A DNA stretch of 64,000 nt from Dehalococcoidia bacterium (GTDB lineage: Bacteria; Chloroflexota; Dehalococcoidia; Lucifugimonadales; UBA3495). The notes beneath the pieces were generated by a model, which saw nothing but the letters and a program-made list of their open reading frames with translations, was not told where the DNA came from and searched no databases. The position numbers and the translations under genes are program-made. Where the stretch lies: positions 1,556,516-1,620,515 of the forward strand of contig OZ244136.1 of the NCBI GenBank assembly GCA_965215975.1. Direction: 5' to 3'. Below are positions 9,980 through 19,354 of this stretch, piece by piece (within the stretch, counting starts at the first letter, position 1; every line of letters starts with the position of its first letter).

Positions 9980-11227
9980 TTAAGTCTCCAGCCGGCGCAG
10001 GGTTGGCCGCGCGATGGCCAGCCACAGGGTAAAGGCAAAGCAGATGGTGGCCCCGCCGGCCAGCGCTATTGGCCAACTGACCAGGTCTGCCACCAGGGCC
10101 ATGGGCAGGGACCCGATAAACATGAAGCCGGCGGAGGCGTACCAAATGCTCATCACCCGTCCCTGCAATTCTTGAGGCACAGATAACTGGAGCATCGTGG
10201 TTCCCAGGGAAATGTAGCTGATGCTGCCCATTCCCACGAAGAACAGGATGACCCAGGAAACCCAGAACCATTGCGACCAGGCAAACACGAACAGGCTGCC
10301 CTCGAACAGTAGCAGAGAACCAATGAGCAGCAGGTTCTTCCGACGGTAGTTGCCCAGAAGGGCAAGCAGCACATTTGCTACCAGCGAACCTATTCCCGCG
10401 GCAGTTATCAACAATCCGGCTTCCGCCGCCGAGGCGCTCAGCACCTCCCGGGCGAAGGCCGGCATAACCTGGACGTGGGGCATCCCGAAGAACCCGAACG
10501 AGAATCCTATGCCTATTATTGTGAGGGCCAGCGGCGTCTTCCAAAAGTAGACCAGCCCGTCCCGCAGCGCCCCCATAATGTCTCTGCGTCGTTCCGGCGT
10601 ATCCTGTTTAAAATTGCGGATCATCAACACGCAACTGGCAGCGGCCAGGAAGAAGCAGGCATTCAGGAAAAGCGCCGCCCCCGTGTCAACCAGGTCGATT
10701 ACGAACCCGGCCAGGGCGGGGCCGATGATCCTGCCGGCGTTCATTACTCCGGCGTTGAGCACCACCGCATTCATGATGTCTTCCCGCTCCACCAGGTTTA
10801 CCACCATGGCTAGGCGGGTTGGCATATTGAAGGCGTGCAGGGTGCCTAGCAGGAATGAGGCAGCGAAAATCTGCCACACCGCTATCAAATCCATAACTGT
10901 CAGTGTGGCTACGACGAACATGATTGACGTGACGCCAAACTGGGAAAACAGCAGCAGCTTCTTTCGGTTAACCCGGTCGGCAAATATGCCGCCGAACAGG
11001 ACCAGGGTGAGGTTGGGGATTCCGTAGAAGAAGACGGTCAGGCCCAGTTGGGAAGTCGACCCAGTCAGGTCCAGGACCAACCAGCCGAGGATGAGAAACT
11101 GCATCCCCTGGGCCATGGCCTGACCTGAGGTGCTAATCCAGAACCAGCGGAAATTGGGGTAACGCAAGGCCTGAAATTTGGAAAGGCCCGGAGCCCTGCC
11201 CTTTAGAGGTGCCAAGCGTTGGGCCAT
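9980..11227 (-). CDS. MFS transporter
   Basis: About 12 hydrophobic segments, GIFADRVNRK, QGRVMS. Confidence 0.92.
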   Translation of the reverse strand: MAQRLAPLKGRAPGLSKFQALRYPNFRWFWISTSGQAMAQGMQFLILGWLVLDLTGSTSQLGLTVFFYGIPNLTLVLFGGIFADRVNRKKLLLFSQFGVTSIMFVVATLTVMDLIAVWQIFAASFLLGTLHAFNMPTRLAMVVNLVEREDIMNAVVLNAGVMNAGRIIGPALAGFVIDLVDTGAALFLNACFFLAAASCVLMIRNFKQDTPERRRDIMGALRDGLVYFWKTPLALTIIGIGFSFGFFGMPHVQVMPAFAREVLSASAAEAGLLITAAGIGSLVANVLLALLGNYRRKNLLLIGSLLLFEGSLFVFAWSQWFWVSWVILFFVGMGSISYISLGTTMLQLSVPQELQGRVMSIWYASAGFMFIGSLPMALVADLVSWPIALAGGATICFAFTLWLAIARPTLRRLET

Positions 11228-11382
11228 TCAGTTTCCTTGCTGCGGGGCAGGCGAATTCATGGGGTTCCTGTTCTATGTACTCGTAGGTGTAGCGTTGATG
11301 AAAGGAATGCTGAAAAACCTCCGCCACTATAGCACTTATCCAAAGTTGGTGAACCAGTAGTTGAAAAAGAAGAGATGACTCG

Positions 11383-11402
11383 ACCATAGTCATGACTATG
11401 GT
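11383..11402. promoter_or_regulatory. Palindromic operator upstream of TA operon
   Basis: Perfect 20-bp palindrome ACCATAGTCATGACTATGGT 37 nt before the antitoxin start. Confidence 0.65.
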
Positions 11403-11439
11403 AAACTAAGGACACAATTAGTAATGGTATGGAGACTAA

Positions 11440-11721
11440 ATGGTTGTTGAGAAAGGAACCCCAAACGGCCCGAAAACCATCAAGGCATCAGAATTCAAGG
11501 CCAAATGCTTGAAGCTGATGGATGAAGTAGCGGAAAGCGGCGAGGAAATAGTTATCACCAAGAATGGTCGTCCGACAGCCAGGTTGGTGGCGTACGTGGA
11601 AAGACCCAAGACACTGTTTGGCATCGATCGCGGCAAGCTCGAAATTCTTGGCGACATCATCTCCCCAATAGATGTTGATTGGGAAGTTGACACAGACCCT
11701 GACCGGGTCCTTTACCCGTGA
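11440..11721 (+). CDS. Phd/YefM family antitoxin
   Basis: ASEFKAKCLKLMDEV...ITKNGRPTARLV. Confidence 0.9.
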   Translation: MVVEKGTPNGPKTIKASEFKAKCLKLMDEVAESGEEIVITKNGRPTARLVAYVERPKTLFGIDRGKLEILGDIISPIDVDWEVDTDPDRVLYP

Positions 11722-12116
11722 TCCTTCTCGACACGCATGTAGTTCTCTGGCTCAGGGCTGGTGATGCAAGGTTGGGAGAGAACTCACGGGTCGAAATTCA
11801 AGACGCTTGGGACTCTGGACAGTTAGGAGTGTCGGCTATTTCATTTTGGGAAATAGCCATGCTGCGGAACAAGGGCCGTCTAAGGTACCCGGGAAATGTT
11901 AGCCTATGGCGACAGGAACAACTGAGCCAAGGTACGATCGAGATTCCCGTCAATGGTGAGATCGGAATTCGAGCCTACGACCTGCCTGACTTCCATCCCG
12001 ACCCCGCAGATCGCATCATTGTAGCCACCGCCTTGGCCGGCCATCGCCTGATAACGGCAGACCAGCAGATTCTGGCGTGGAATGGCAACTTGGATAGATT
12101 GGACGCCAGGGGGTAG
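11718..12116 (+). CDS. vapC: VapC PIN-domain toxin
   Basis: LLDTH, SFWEI, DPADR, ITAD; 4-nt overlap with antitoxin. Confidence 0.9.
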   Translation: MILLDTHVVLWLRAGDARLGENSRVEIQDAWDSGQLGVSAISFWEIAMLRNKGRLRYPGNVSLWRQEQLSQGTIEIPVNGEIGIRAYDLPDFHPDPADRIIVATALAGHRLITADQQILAWNGNLDRLDARG

Positions 12117-12211
12117 CAGCCGGTACCGGAACAAAAGTGTGTACTACCAACGCTTCACGTAGCTGGAGTCAATTCTTCCCGGCAACGCCGGAATCAAGGT
12201 AGCTTGACCAG

Positions 12212-12727
12212 TCAACTGTTGGAACGCCGGTAGCGGGGGGTAAGGCCCCGGGCTTCTGCTTCCAACAGCAGTTCAACGCACTTTACGGCGCGGCGGGTCC
12301 GGGTCTCCGGCCGCTTGGCCCTGACCACATGGTCGCAGAAGTCCTTGCGGTGGGAGTAGGAGACCTTCTCGAATATCTCCAGGGCAGCGGGTTGGGATTG
12401 GAGCGCTTCGGTTAACTCGGAAGGTATATCCACCTGGCGGGGTATGGTGTCCCGCTCCAGGGTTACCTCAGCCACATCTCCGGCGGTGACCCCGGCCTTG
12501 TCCCTTATTTCCTTCTTGACCACCAGGATGTGTACTCCCTCGCCCTGGGGCAGCAGAGAGTTTTCGTAAGGAACGCCGTTAATGGTGCCTTTGACCGGCG
12601 CCTGTCCTTTTATCCCGAATTCGTCGGCTACGCTGAAGGGCACTCTCACGAAAGTCCAGGCGCCCCGCATATCGGGCCTTTCCAACTGTGCCTCAAACCG
12701 GTAAACGCTCATGGTTTCCCTTTCCAT
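12212..12727 (-). CDS. DUF1905 plus YdeI/OmpD-associated domain protein
   Basis: VKGTING, SYSHRK, AKRPETRTRR. Confidence 0.85.
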   Translation of the reverse strand: MERETMSVYRFEAQLERPDMRGAWTFVRVPFSVADEFGIKGQAPVKGTINGVPYENSLLPQGEGVHILVVKKEIRDKAGVTAGDVAEVTLERDTIPRQVDIPSELTEALQSQPAALEIFEKVSYSHRKDFCDHVVRAKRPETRTRRAVKCVELLLEAEARGLTPRYRRSNS

Positions 12728-12744
12728 GCCGCAATCCCGAAATA

Positions 12745-13296
12745 CTACTGCTGCACAAAGCGGTGGAAGACTTCCTCTTCCGTCAGCGACTCCGACCCAA
12801 ACCAGCGGTGCTCAATTTCCTCGTAAATTTGGGCGATGTGGTCGGCGATGCTGTCGGTAACGCTTGCTACCATATCGGCAGATTTCAGGGAGTCTGCGTC
12901 CATTTGCTCCAGGGCCATTATGGCGTCGGATATAGCCCGGATAAGTTCCACCGGCGCCACCTGGGTTGCATTCAAACGGGCGCCCGAAAGGCAGTGCAGC
13001 ACCGAGGACGTCTGGTTATTCAGGATAATCTCTTCGGCCAGTGTTTCCTGTTCGCCAACAGTAATCCCCAAGGTATTTGCCACGGGAAGCAGGGTCTCCC
13101 CCAGGCTGCTTCCCTTTGCGTTGCCCGTTTCCACCGACCGCGCCGCAGCGTTTACTGCCCGCGAAATCCCTTCCGCTCGCTCCAGCCAGCGCCCCAGCCA
13201 AATCAGGTTATATACGCGCGAATCGGTCAGCCAGCTGTCCGGGGCTATTGCCAACGATCTGGGTTCCATCATGGAAGAACCTTCCTCACGCCTCAT
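12745..13296 (-). CDS. Alpha-E domain protein
   Basis: WLGRWLERAE motif; operonic with CP-ATP-grasp. Confidence 0.85.
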   Translation of the reverse strand: MRREEGSSMMEPRSLAIAPDSWLTDSRVYNLIWLGRWLERAEGISRAVNAAARSVETGNAKGSSLGETLLPVANTLGITVGEQETLAEEIILNNQTSSVLHCLSGARLNATQVAPVELIRAISDAIMALEQMDADSLKSADMVASVTDSIADHIAQIYEEIEHRWFGSESLTEEEVFHRFVQQ

Positions 13297-13304
13297 GCAG
13301 CGAT

Positions 13305-14207
13305 TTAGTGCTGACCCTCAATCAATCCAAGGGCGTCGTCAAAGGTTACCGAGTCCTTGTCGAATTGCACCTGCGCCCTGGCCACATCCAGCCAACCGGC
13401 GCCCTTGGAAACGAAGCTTCCAACTACGGGGGCAGCTTCCGTGTAGTCCCGCCCCACGGCTAACTTGATCAACTCCCCGTGGCGCGTCACCGCCTGGCCG
13501 CGGGTGGGGTCCGTGGGAATCCATCCCAATTCTGGGTGCATGAATTCCAGCCAGGCGTGGGTCTCTCCCACCTCGGTGGTCAGCAGCCCGCAAACGTAAC
13601 GGCAGGGAATCCCCAGGGCTTTCAGCAAACCCATGGTCAGATGGGCCATGTCCTGGCAAACTCCCACCCCGCTGTCCAGGACTTCTTCGGCGGTGGTTGC
13701 CACCGTAGTACTCTGGCTTACGTATTGAATATTCCGATAAACCCAGTCCGTTATTTTCTCCACAGACTCCATCAAGCCCTTGGATGCTCCGGTAATGTCC
13801 CTGGCGTGGTTGACCAGTCGGTCCGGGTCGACCAGGGGCGTTGGGGTCAGATATTGGTCCAGGGACCAATCATTGGTCGGAGAACCCAGGGGAACTTCCC
13901 ACGGGTAGGCGGGGGGGCTGCGGAACCGTACCACGCCGATGGCCATAATGGTAAATTCCTGGTGGGGTGTGGTTACCCTGGCGCGATGGGTAGTATTGTC
14001 GTAGGCGTCCTGAAAAAGAACCTGGCGGCAGGCCGGTCGGGTCAGCACCGAGGTTGTCAGGGGAGTTTGGTAAAAGTCGGCGCCGGCCGTCAGCCGGAGG
14101 AAGTTGTCGTTCTGCACTACCACTTCGCTGTAGATATAACGCGCAGCATAGCTGTATGCGGCCACAGTGCCCGTATCACTTAGCGAACTACCCAGGTTGG
14201 TTTGCAT
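13305..14207 (-). CDS. Transglutaminase-like protein
   Basis: GVCQDMAH, HAW, DPT triad, GRDY; start uncertain. Confidence 0.9.
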   Translation of the reverse strand: MQTNLGSSLSDTGTVAAYSYAARYIYSEVVVQNDNFLRLTAGADFYQTPLTTSVLTRPACRQVLFQDAYDNTTHRARVTTPHQEFTIMAIGVVRFRSPPAYPWEVPLGSPTNDWSLDQYLTPTPLVDPDRLVNHARDITGASKGLMESVEKITDWVYRNIQYVSQSTTVATTAEEVLDSGVGVCQDMAHLTMGLLKALGIPCRYVCGLLTTEVGETHAWLEFMHPELGWIPTDPTRGQAVTRHGELIKLAVGRDYTEAAPVVGSFVSKGAGWLDVARAQVQFDKDSVTFDDALGLIEGQH

Positions 14208-15559
14208 AGGCCACCCGATGAGTTGTTGGTAATCCGGCTGTTGGCTCGGGACACCCTGGTAAGGCCGCCCGGGAATGCAGTGGCCTCGCCGCGTCCATTC
14301 TGCACGGCGAACACACGGAGGTCGATGTATCGTTCCTCAAACTCGCCGCTCTCCTCATCGAATATCAGATGCTTGGAAAAGTCAAGAGTTTCCTGTGCTA
14401 TGAACATTCGGGGCTGCTCAATAATGCTGCGGGCCAGGTTGGTGCGGAACTCTCCGCCCAGGTCGGGCATGATATAGACGCCCAGACCCCCGTAACCCTG
14501 CCTGGTCTTCACTACCAGGCTCTCCAGATTGTCCAGTACATACTTCCTGCTCTCTGCATCTTGCAGGTCGTAACTCACCGCCTGGCCCAGGATTGGTTCT
14601 TCGCCAAGATAGTGGCGGATCATGTCTGGCACCCACTTGAACACCAGCTTGTCATCGGCGGCGCTGGTGCCCATTCCGTTGACCAGCACCACCTTGCCAT
14701 TCAGGTAGGCGTCGGTAAGACCGGGGACAAAAATTTCCAGGTCCTCGACCCGCCGGTAAATCAGGTCCACCGGAAAGTCTCCATCCAGGCCCTTGGCCAG
14801 AATGCGACCGTCATACCCCACGTACAAATCGGACCCTTCTACCAGGGGTATGCCCAGCAATTGGGAGAGGTAGCGATGCTCAAAGAATGCGGCCCCGAAC
14901 TTGCTGTCCGACAGCAGTACGCACACCGGGTCATCTACATCGCAAAGGGATGTAAACAGGTCGTGGTATGTCTCCTTAATGTCGTAGGGCACTACGTCGT
15001 AACCCGCCGCCAGTTCGGGCATAAGCTCTTTGACCATATCCAGGGACTTCAAGTGGTAAGAGATGCCTGAGGGGATGCGGAGGTTGTCCTCGAGGATTAC
15101 GTAGCGGCCATCCTCCAGGTGCACCAGGTCAATGCCGTAAATGTGGACGAAGACGTCCTTGGCCGGCCGGAAGTCCTGGTACTCGGGATAGTAGTACTGG
15201 CAGGAGTAGATAACGTCGTCGGGGACTACTTGCTGCTGGCCCGTGTACAGGTCCAACAGAAACAGGTTAAGGGCCTTCAGTCGCTGGGTAACGCCGGCGC
15301 CGATGACCTCCCACTCCGATTGAGGAATGATGCGAGGAATCCAGTCGGTGGGTATGGTGCGGAACACCTTGGGGTCCAGAAGAAAGGTAAATCCGTCCAG
15401 TTCCGCAATCCGCCTGCCCTGCCGCCACAGTTCACCCAGTCGTTCCCTGCCCATGGATTCAATGGCCCCGAGGGCGTCCTGGTAGCTGGGGAGGACGGCG
15501 CCGTTGGCGTCCAGGTACTCGCTGTGGGCAGCGTCCGCATTGGCTATTGAAGGAATCAT
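14180..15559 (-). CDS. Circularly permuted type 2 ATP-grasp protein
   Basis: LEDNLRIPSG, YRRV, DDK, DLR, GGLTRV, NSSGG. Confidence 0.92.
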   Translation of the reverse strand: MIPSIANADAAHSEYLDANGAVLPSYQDALGAIESMGRERLGELWRQGRRIAELDGFTFLLDPKVFRTIPTDWIPRIIPQSEWEVIGAGVTQRLKALNLFLLDLYTGQQQVVPDDVIYSCQYYYPEYQDFRPAKDVFVHIYGIDLVHLEDGRYVILEDNLRIPSGISYHLKSLDMVKELMPELAAGYDVVPYDIKETYHDLFTSLCDVDDPVCVLLSDSKFGAAFFEHRYLSQLLGIPLVEGSDLYVGYDGRILAKGLDGDFPVDLIYRRVEDLEIFVPGLTDAYLNGKVVLVNGMGTSAADDKLVFKWVPDMIRHYLGEEPILGQAVSYDLQDAESRKYVLDNLESLVVKTRQGYGGLGVYIMPDLGGEFRTNLARSIIEQPRMFIAQETLDFSKHLIFDEESGEFEERYIDLRVFAVQNGRGEATAFPGGLTRVSRANSRITNNSSGGLCKPTWVVR

Positions 15560-15779
15560 AAAACTTTGCCCTGCAACAATTTTGCGATTACACGATAGTG
15601 GGATATCGAATACATGTGAAAATGATACTATGGGTTAGTTACAATTGTGTTTCGGATTCCATCCTTCAGTTAAAATCCTTTGGTTCTTAATGCTATTCTT
15701 CGAAGAGTGAGACTTGTTATACGATGTATTTCGGCATGTAATCCCGGGTTCTCAAATTTGACGGCTGGGAAGAGTCCGA

Positions 15780-17269
15780 TGGACGTTCAACCAAAGGGAA
15801 GCCCGCGCTCTGTGGCCTACAACGTCGTTGACGACCGCTACTTTGAAAGACGCCAGCTGCGGCGGTACGCCGGCGCGTGGTCCCTGTGGGCATTGGGGGT
15901 AGGAGCCGTAATCTCGGGGAACTTTTTTGGCTGGCAGTTCGGCCTGGCGGTGGGTGGTTACGGCGGTATGGTAGTGGCTACGGCTATCGCTGCCCTTATG
16001 TACCTCTGTATTTGCTTCTCCATTGCCGAAATGTCTCCGGCCATGCCGCACGCCGGCGGCGCCTACTCCTTTGCCCGCACTGCTCTTGGCCCCTGGGGTG
16101 GGTACATTACTGGCCTGGCCGAGTTCATAGAATATGTACTGACCCCCGCCGTAATCGTGGTGGCCATCGGCGGCTACGTCGGAACCGCCGTCAATTCGCT
16201 CTTCGGGATAGACATTGCCGCGCCCGTCTGGTGGCTTGGCTTCTACGTAATTTTCGTCGGCATCAACATCGCCGGAGTGGCGGCTACCTTCCGCGTAGCC
16301 ATGGTCCTCACTTTTTTGGCCCTGGGAATCCTGGTCCTGTTCTGGGCCGATTGGGCTTTCCGTTTCAGTTGGGACAGGGCCCTTGCCATCGTGCCAGGAA
16401 CGGCCAATTCCGACTGGCTGCCGACTGGCTGGATAGGCATAGCTCAGGCCTTGCCCTTTGCTATCTGGTTTTTTCTGGCTATTGAACAACTTCCCTTGGC
16501 AGCGGAGGAATCCCGACGTCCGGGCGTTGATATGCCCCGAGCCCTTCGCTGGGGTATTTTGACCCTAATCGTCGCAGCGGCGCTGACCCTGTTGCTTGGC
16601 GCCGGCCTCCCGCGCGGATGGGCCACAATCGAATCGTCCGGACAGGCCGCTGGGACTCTATTTGGCTTCGGCGTGAACCCTGCGATCCCGGCCTTGATGG
16701 TAGTGGGCGGATTGGTGGCCAGCTTTCATGCCATCATTTATGCCTACGGGCGCCGGATATTTTCTCTTTCCCGGGCCGGCTACCTGCCCAGGTGGCTCTC
16801 GCTGACCCAAAGCCGGACCAGGACTCCCCACCTGGCGTTAATCGCGGGCGCGGTCGTCGGGTACCTGGTAGCCCTGTTTATCGAGTTTGGCGAAGGATGG
16901 GTGGGAGGACATGTGCCAGTGGCGGCGGTGCTGTTGAACATGGCAGTGTTTGGCGCGGTCATCGCCTACATCATGCAGATGGTCTCCTTCCTGCGCCTGC
17001 GTCGGCGATACCCGGGACTGTACCGCCCCTACAGGAGTCCCCTGGGTAACGTTGGGGCACTGGTGGCAGGACTAATCGCCTGCGCCACATTGGTCTTCCT
17101 GTTCGTCAACACCGACTACCGGATGGGCCTCTACGGCTGCGGGATATTCTTCGCCGCAGGCCTGCTCTATTTTGCCCTCATTGGCCGGAGAAGGCTGGTT
17201 AGTTCGCCGGAGGAGAGCTTTGCACTTCGATTGGAGGAGGAAGAGAGCAACCAGACAGGTGGACGATAA
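15780..17269 (+). CDS. APC family amino acid/ethanolamine permease
   Basis: GVGAVISG, PHAGGAY, WFFLAIE, RPYRSP; start set at MDVQ. Confidence 0.88.
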
Positions 17270-17509
17270 AGCTGCGGAGGTTCGCGGAGGTTATTCGCGG
17301 AAGTTAATCACGGAGGTTAATTAATCCCGTGGGCAATTAACTACGACGTATTGTACCGCGCGCATAGTACCAAGGTATTGTCCCTTACAGGTGGTCTAAA
17401 CGATGGGAATCGCAGGGTCAACCTTGGTGGTTGCCCTCCCTATTGCGCTACATTGAGGCAGGGCCGTCCAGTGTTGAGGAGTTGGGGCCTGCCGTTGGCA
17501 AGAAGGCCG

Positions 17510-17857
17510 TTACTCCCCGTACTCAGTGGCCTTGTCCAGCATCAGGCAGGGTTCTCCCCACTGGCTGGCATTATCCAGGTCCCAGGTTGTCTCGTCTCCG
17601 TCGGACTTAAGCCGGATGCCCTCGTTGCCGCCAAATATCAAAAGTATTACCCCGTCTCCCGAATCCTCTGCCAACGCTGCCATCGCCTGGCAGGGGCCGC
17701 CGTCGTCCCAGCCCGTAACCTGGCACCAACCATCTTCTCCGGCCGGATCTGCTGTAATTAGCCTGTTGACGGGCTTCGGGTCTTCCAATAAATCAAATAC
17801 GCGGTCCAGGGCCATGGGGCTGTTGCCCCCGTCGTTAACTTCCACTTCGTAAAGCAT
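17510..17857 (-). CDS. Hypothetical acidic protein
   Basis: 115-aa ORF with genome-like codon usage. Confidence 0.6.
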   Translation of the reverse strand: MLYEVEVNDGGNSPMALDRVFDLLEDPKPVNRLITADPAGEDGWCQVTGWDDGGPCQAMAALAEDSGDGVILLIFGGNEGIRLKSDGDETTWDLDNASQWGEPCLMLDKATEYGE

Positions 17858-18212
17858 GGCATGTCCGTCTGCTGGTTTTGGTTTGGGCCCTTAATCGCAG
17901 TTGATTGTATGGGAAACTACCACCGATAACCAGTTTGAGTTGCCCCCAGCGGCCGTAAAGCCTTGAGGGACTATTCTGGTCCTCAAATGGTACTTCTGAC
18001 GAAACCCGGAATCCAGGACTCACCCCTTCCTGCGAAGTTGACCCTACCCACTCCTTTTGGATTCCGGCGTTGAGCCGGAATGACCGGCCCTGCCCTGCGG
18101 TATCTACTTCGCCTTTGATTCCCCCTAACCAATGGCTTATACTTACGCAAATTCCGGCTGGACCCGCTATTTTCAATGCTCCCTGTTCCAATGCTGCTCG
18201 CAGGAGGCGGTT

Positions 18213-19295
18213 ATGCGCTTAGGCTACTTTACGATGCCCCTCCATCCTCCTGGCTCCGACCTCTCAGCCACCCTGGAATCGGACCTGGTCCAGATGGAAA
18301 CCCTGGACCGGCTGGGTTACAGCGAAGCCTGGATCGGTGAGCACTTCACTACCGTCTGGGAGAACATTCCCGCCCCCGACCAGTTTATCGCCGCTGCCCT
18401 GTCTCGCACCAGGAACCTGATCTTCGGGACCGGCGTCACCTGCATGCCCAACCACGACCCCTTCATGATCGCTCACCGCGTTGCCCAATTGGACAACCTG
18501 GCCCGTGGTCGCTTTTACTGGGGGGTCGGCTCCGGCGGGTTTCCTGGTGACTTCGAGGTCTTCGGTATGGACACTTCCGAAGGAGCGCACCGGGGCATGT
18601 CCCGCGACATGATCGAGCTGATCCTGGATATGTGGGAGAACCCCCAGCCCGGTTCCTACCAGCACCCATACTGGAAATTCGCCATACCTGAGCCCGTACC
18701 CGAAATCGGGCTGCGGTTCCACGTCACCCCCTACCAGAAGCCGCACCCGCCCATCGGCGTGGCCGGCGTATCCGCCAAGTCTGATACGTTGCTGCTGGCC
18801 GGGGAAAAGGGATGGCTGCCGCTCAGCATAAACCTGGTGCCGCCGGTTACCCTGAAAAGCCACTGGGAAGCGGTGGAGACCGGGGCAGAACGTACCGGCA
18901 GGACACCCGACCGGTCGGAATGGCGGATCGCCCGGGAAATCTACGTCGCCGAAACCACGGAGCAAGCCAGGGAAGAAGTCCTGAACGGCACCATCGGCCG
19001 CGACTTCCGACAGTACTTCATTCCCCTTATGAAGCACGTGAACGGTATCAGCCTGTTCAAGACTGACCCGGATATTCCCGACGAGGATATAACTCCTGAA
19101 TACCTGGTGGACAACGTCTGGATTGTCGGCAGCCCCGACGAGGTAACCGAAAAGGTACGGCAGATGCACAAGGACGTGGGAGGCTTCGGCGTCCTGCTGG
19201 CCATGGGCCACGAATGGCAGCCCGAGAAGGGCTGGGTCAACTCGATAACGTCCTTGGCCAACGATATTATGCCCCGGCTGGCCGATCTGAGTTAA
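18213..19295 (+). CDS. LLM class flavin-dependent oxidoreductase
   Basis: MRLGYFTMPLHP, GEH, QKPHPP, VGSPD; AGGAGG RBS. Confidence 0.92.
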   Translation: MRLGYFTMPLHPPGSDLSATLESDLVQMETLDRLGYSEAWIGEHFTTVWENIPAPDQFIAAALSRTRNLIFGTGVTCMPNHDPFMIAHRVAQLDNLARGRFYWGVGSGGFPGDFEVFGMDTSEGAHRGMSRDMIELILDMWENPQPGSYQHPYWKFAIPEPVPEIGLRFHVTPYQKPHPPIGVAGVSAKSDTLLLAGEKGWLPLSINLVPPVTLKSHWEAVETGAERTGRTPDRSEWRIAREIYVAETTEQAREEVLNGTIGRDFRQYFIPLMKHVNGISLFKTDPDIPDEDITPEYLVDNVWIVGSPDEVTEKVRQMHKDVGGFGVLLAMGHEWQPEKGWVNSITSLANDIMPRLADLS

Positions 19296-19354
19296 AACAA
19301 CTTAGTGATTCTTCGTGTTCCTTCGTGGAAAGTAAATTGCCCGGAGGTATTGTT

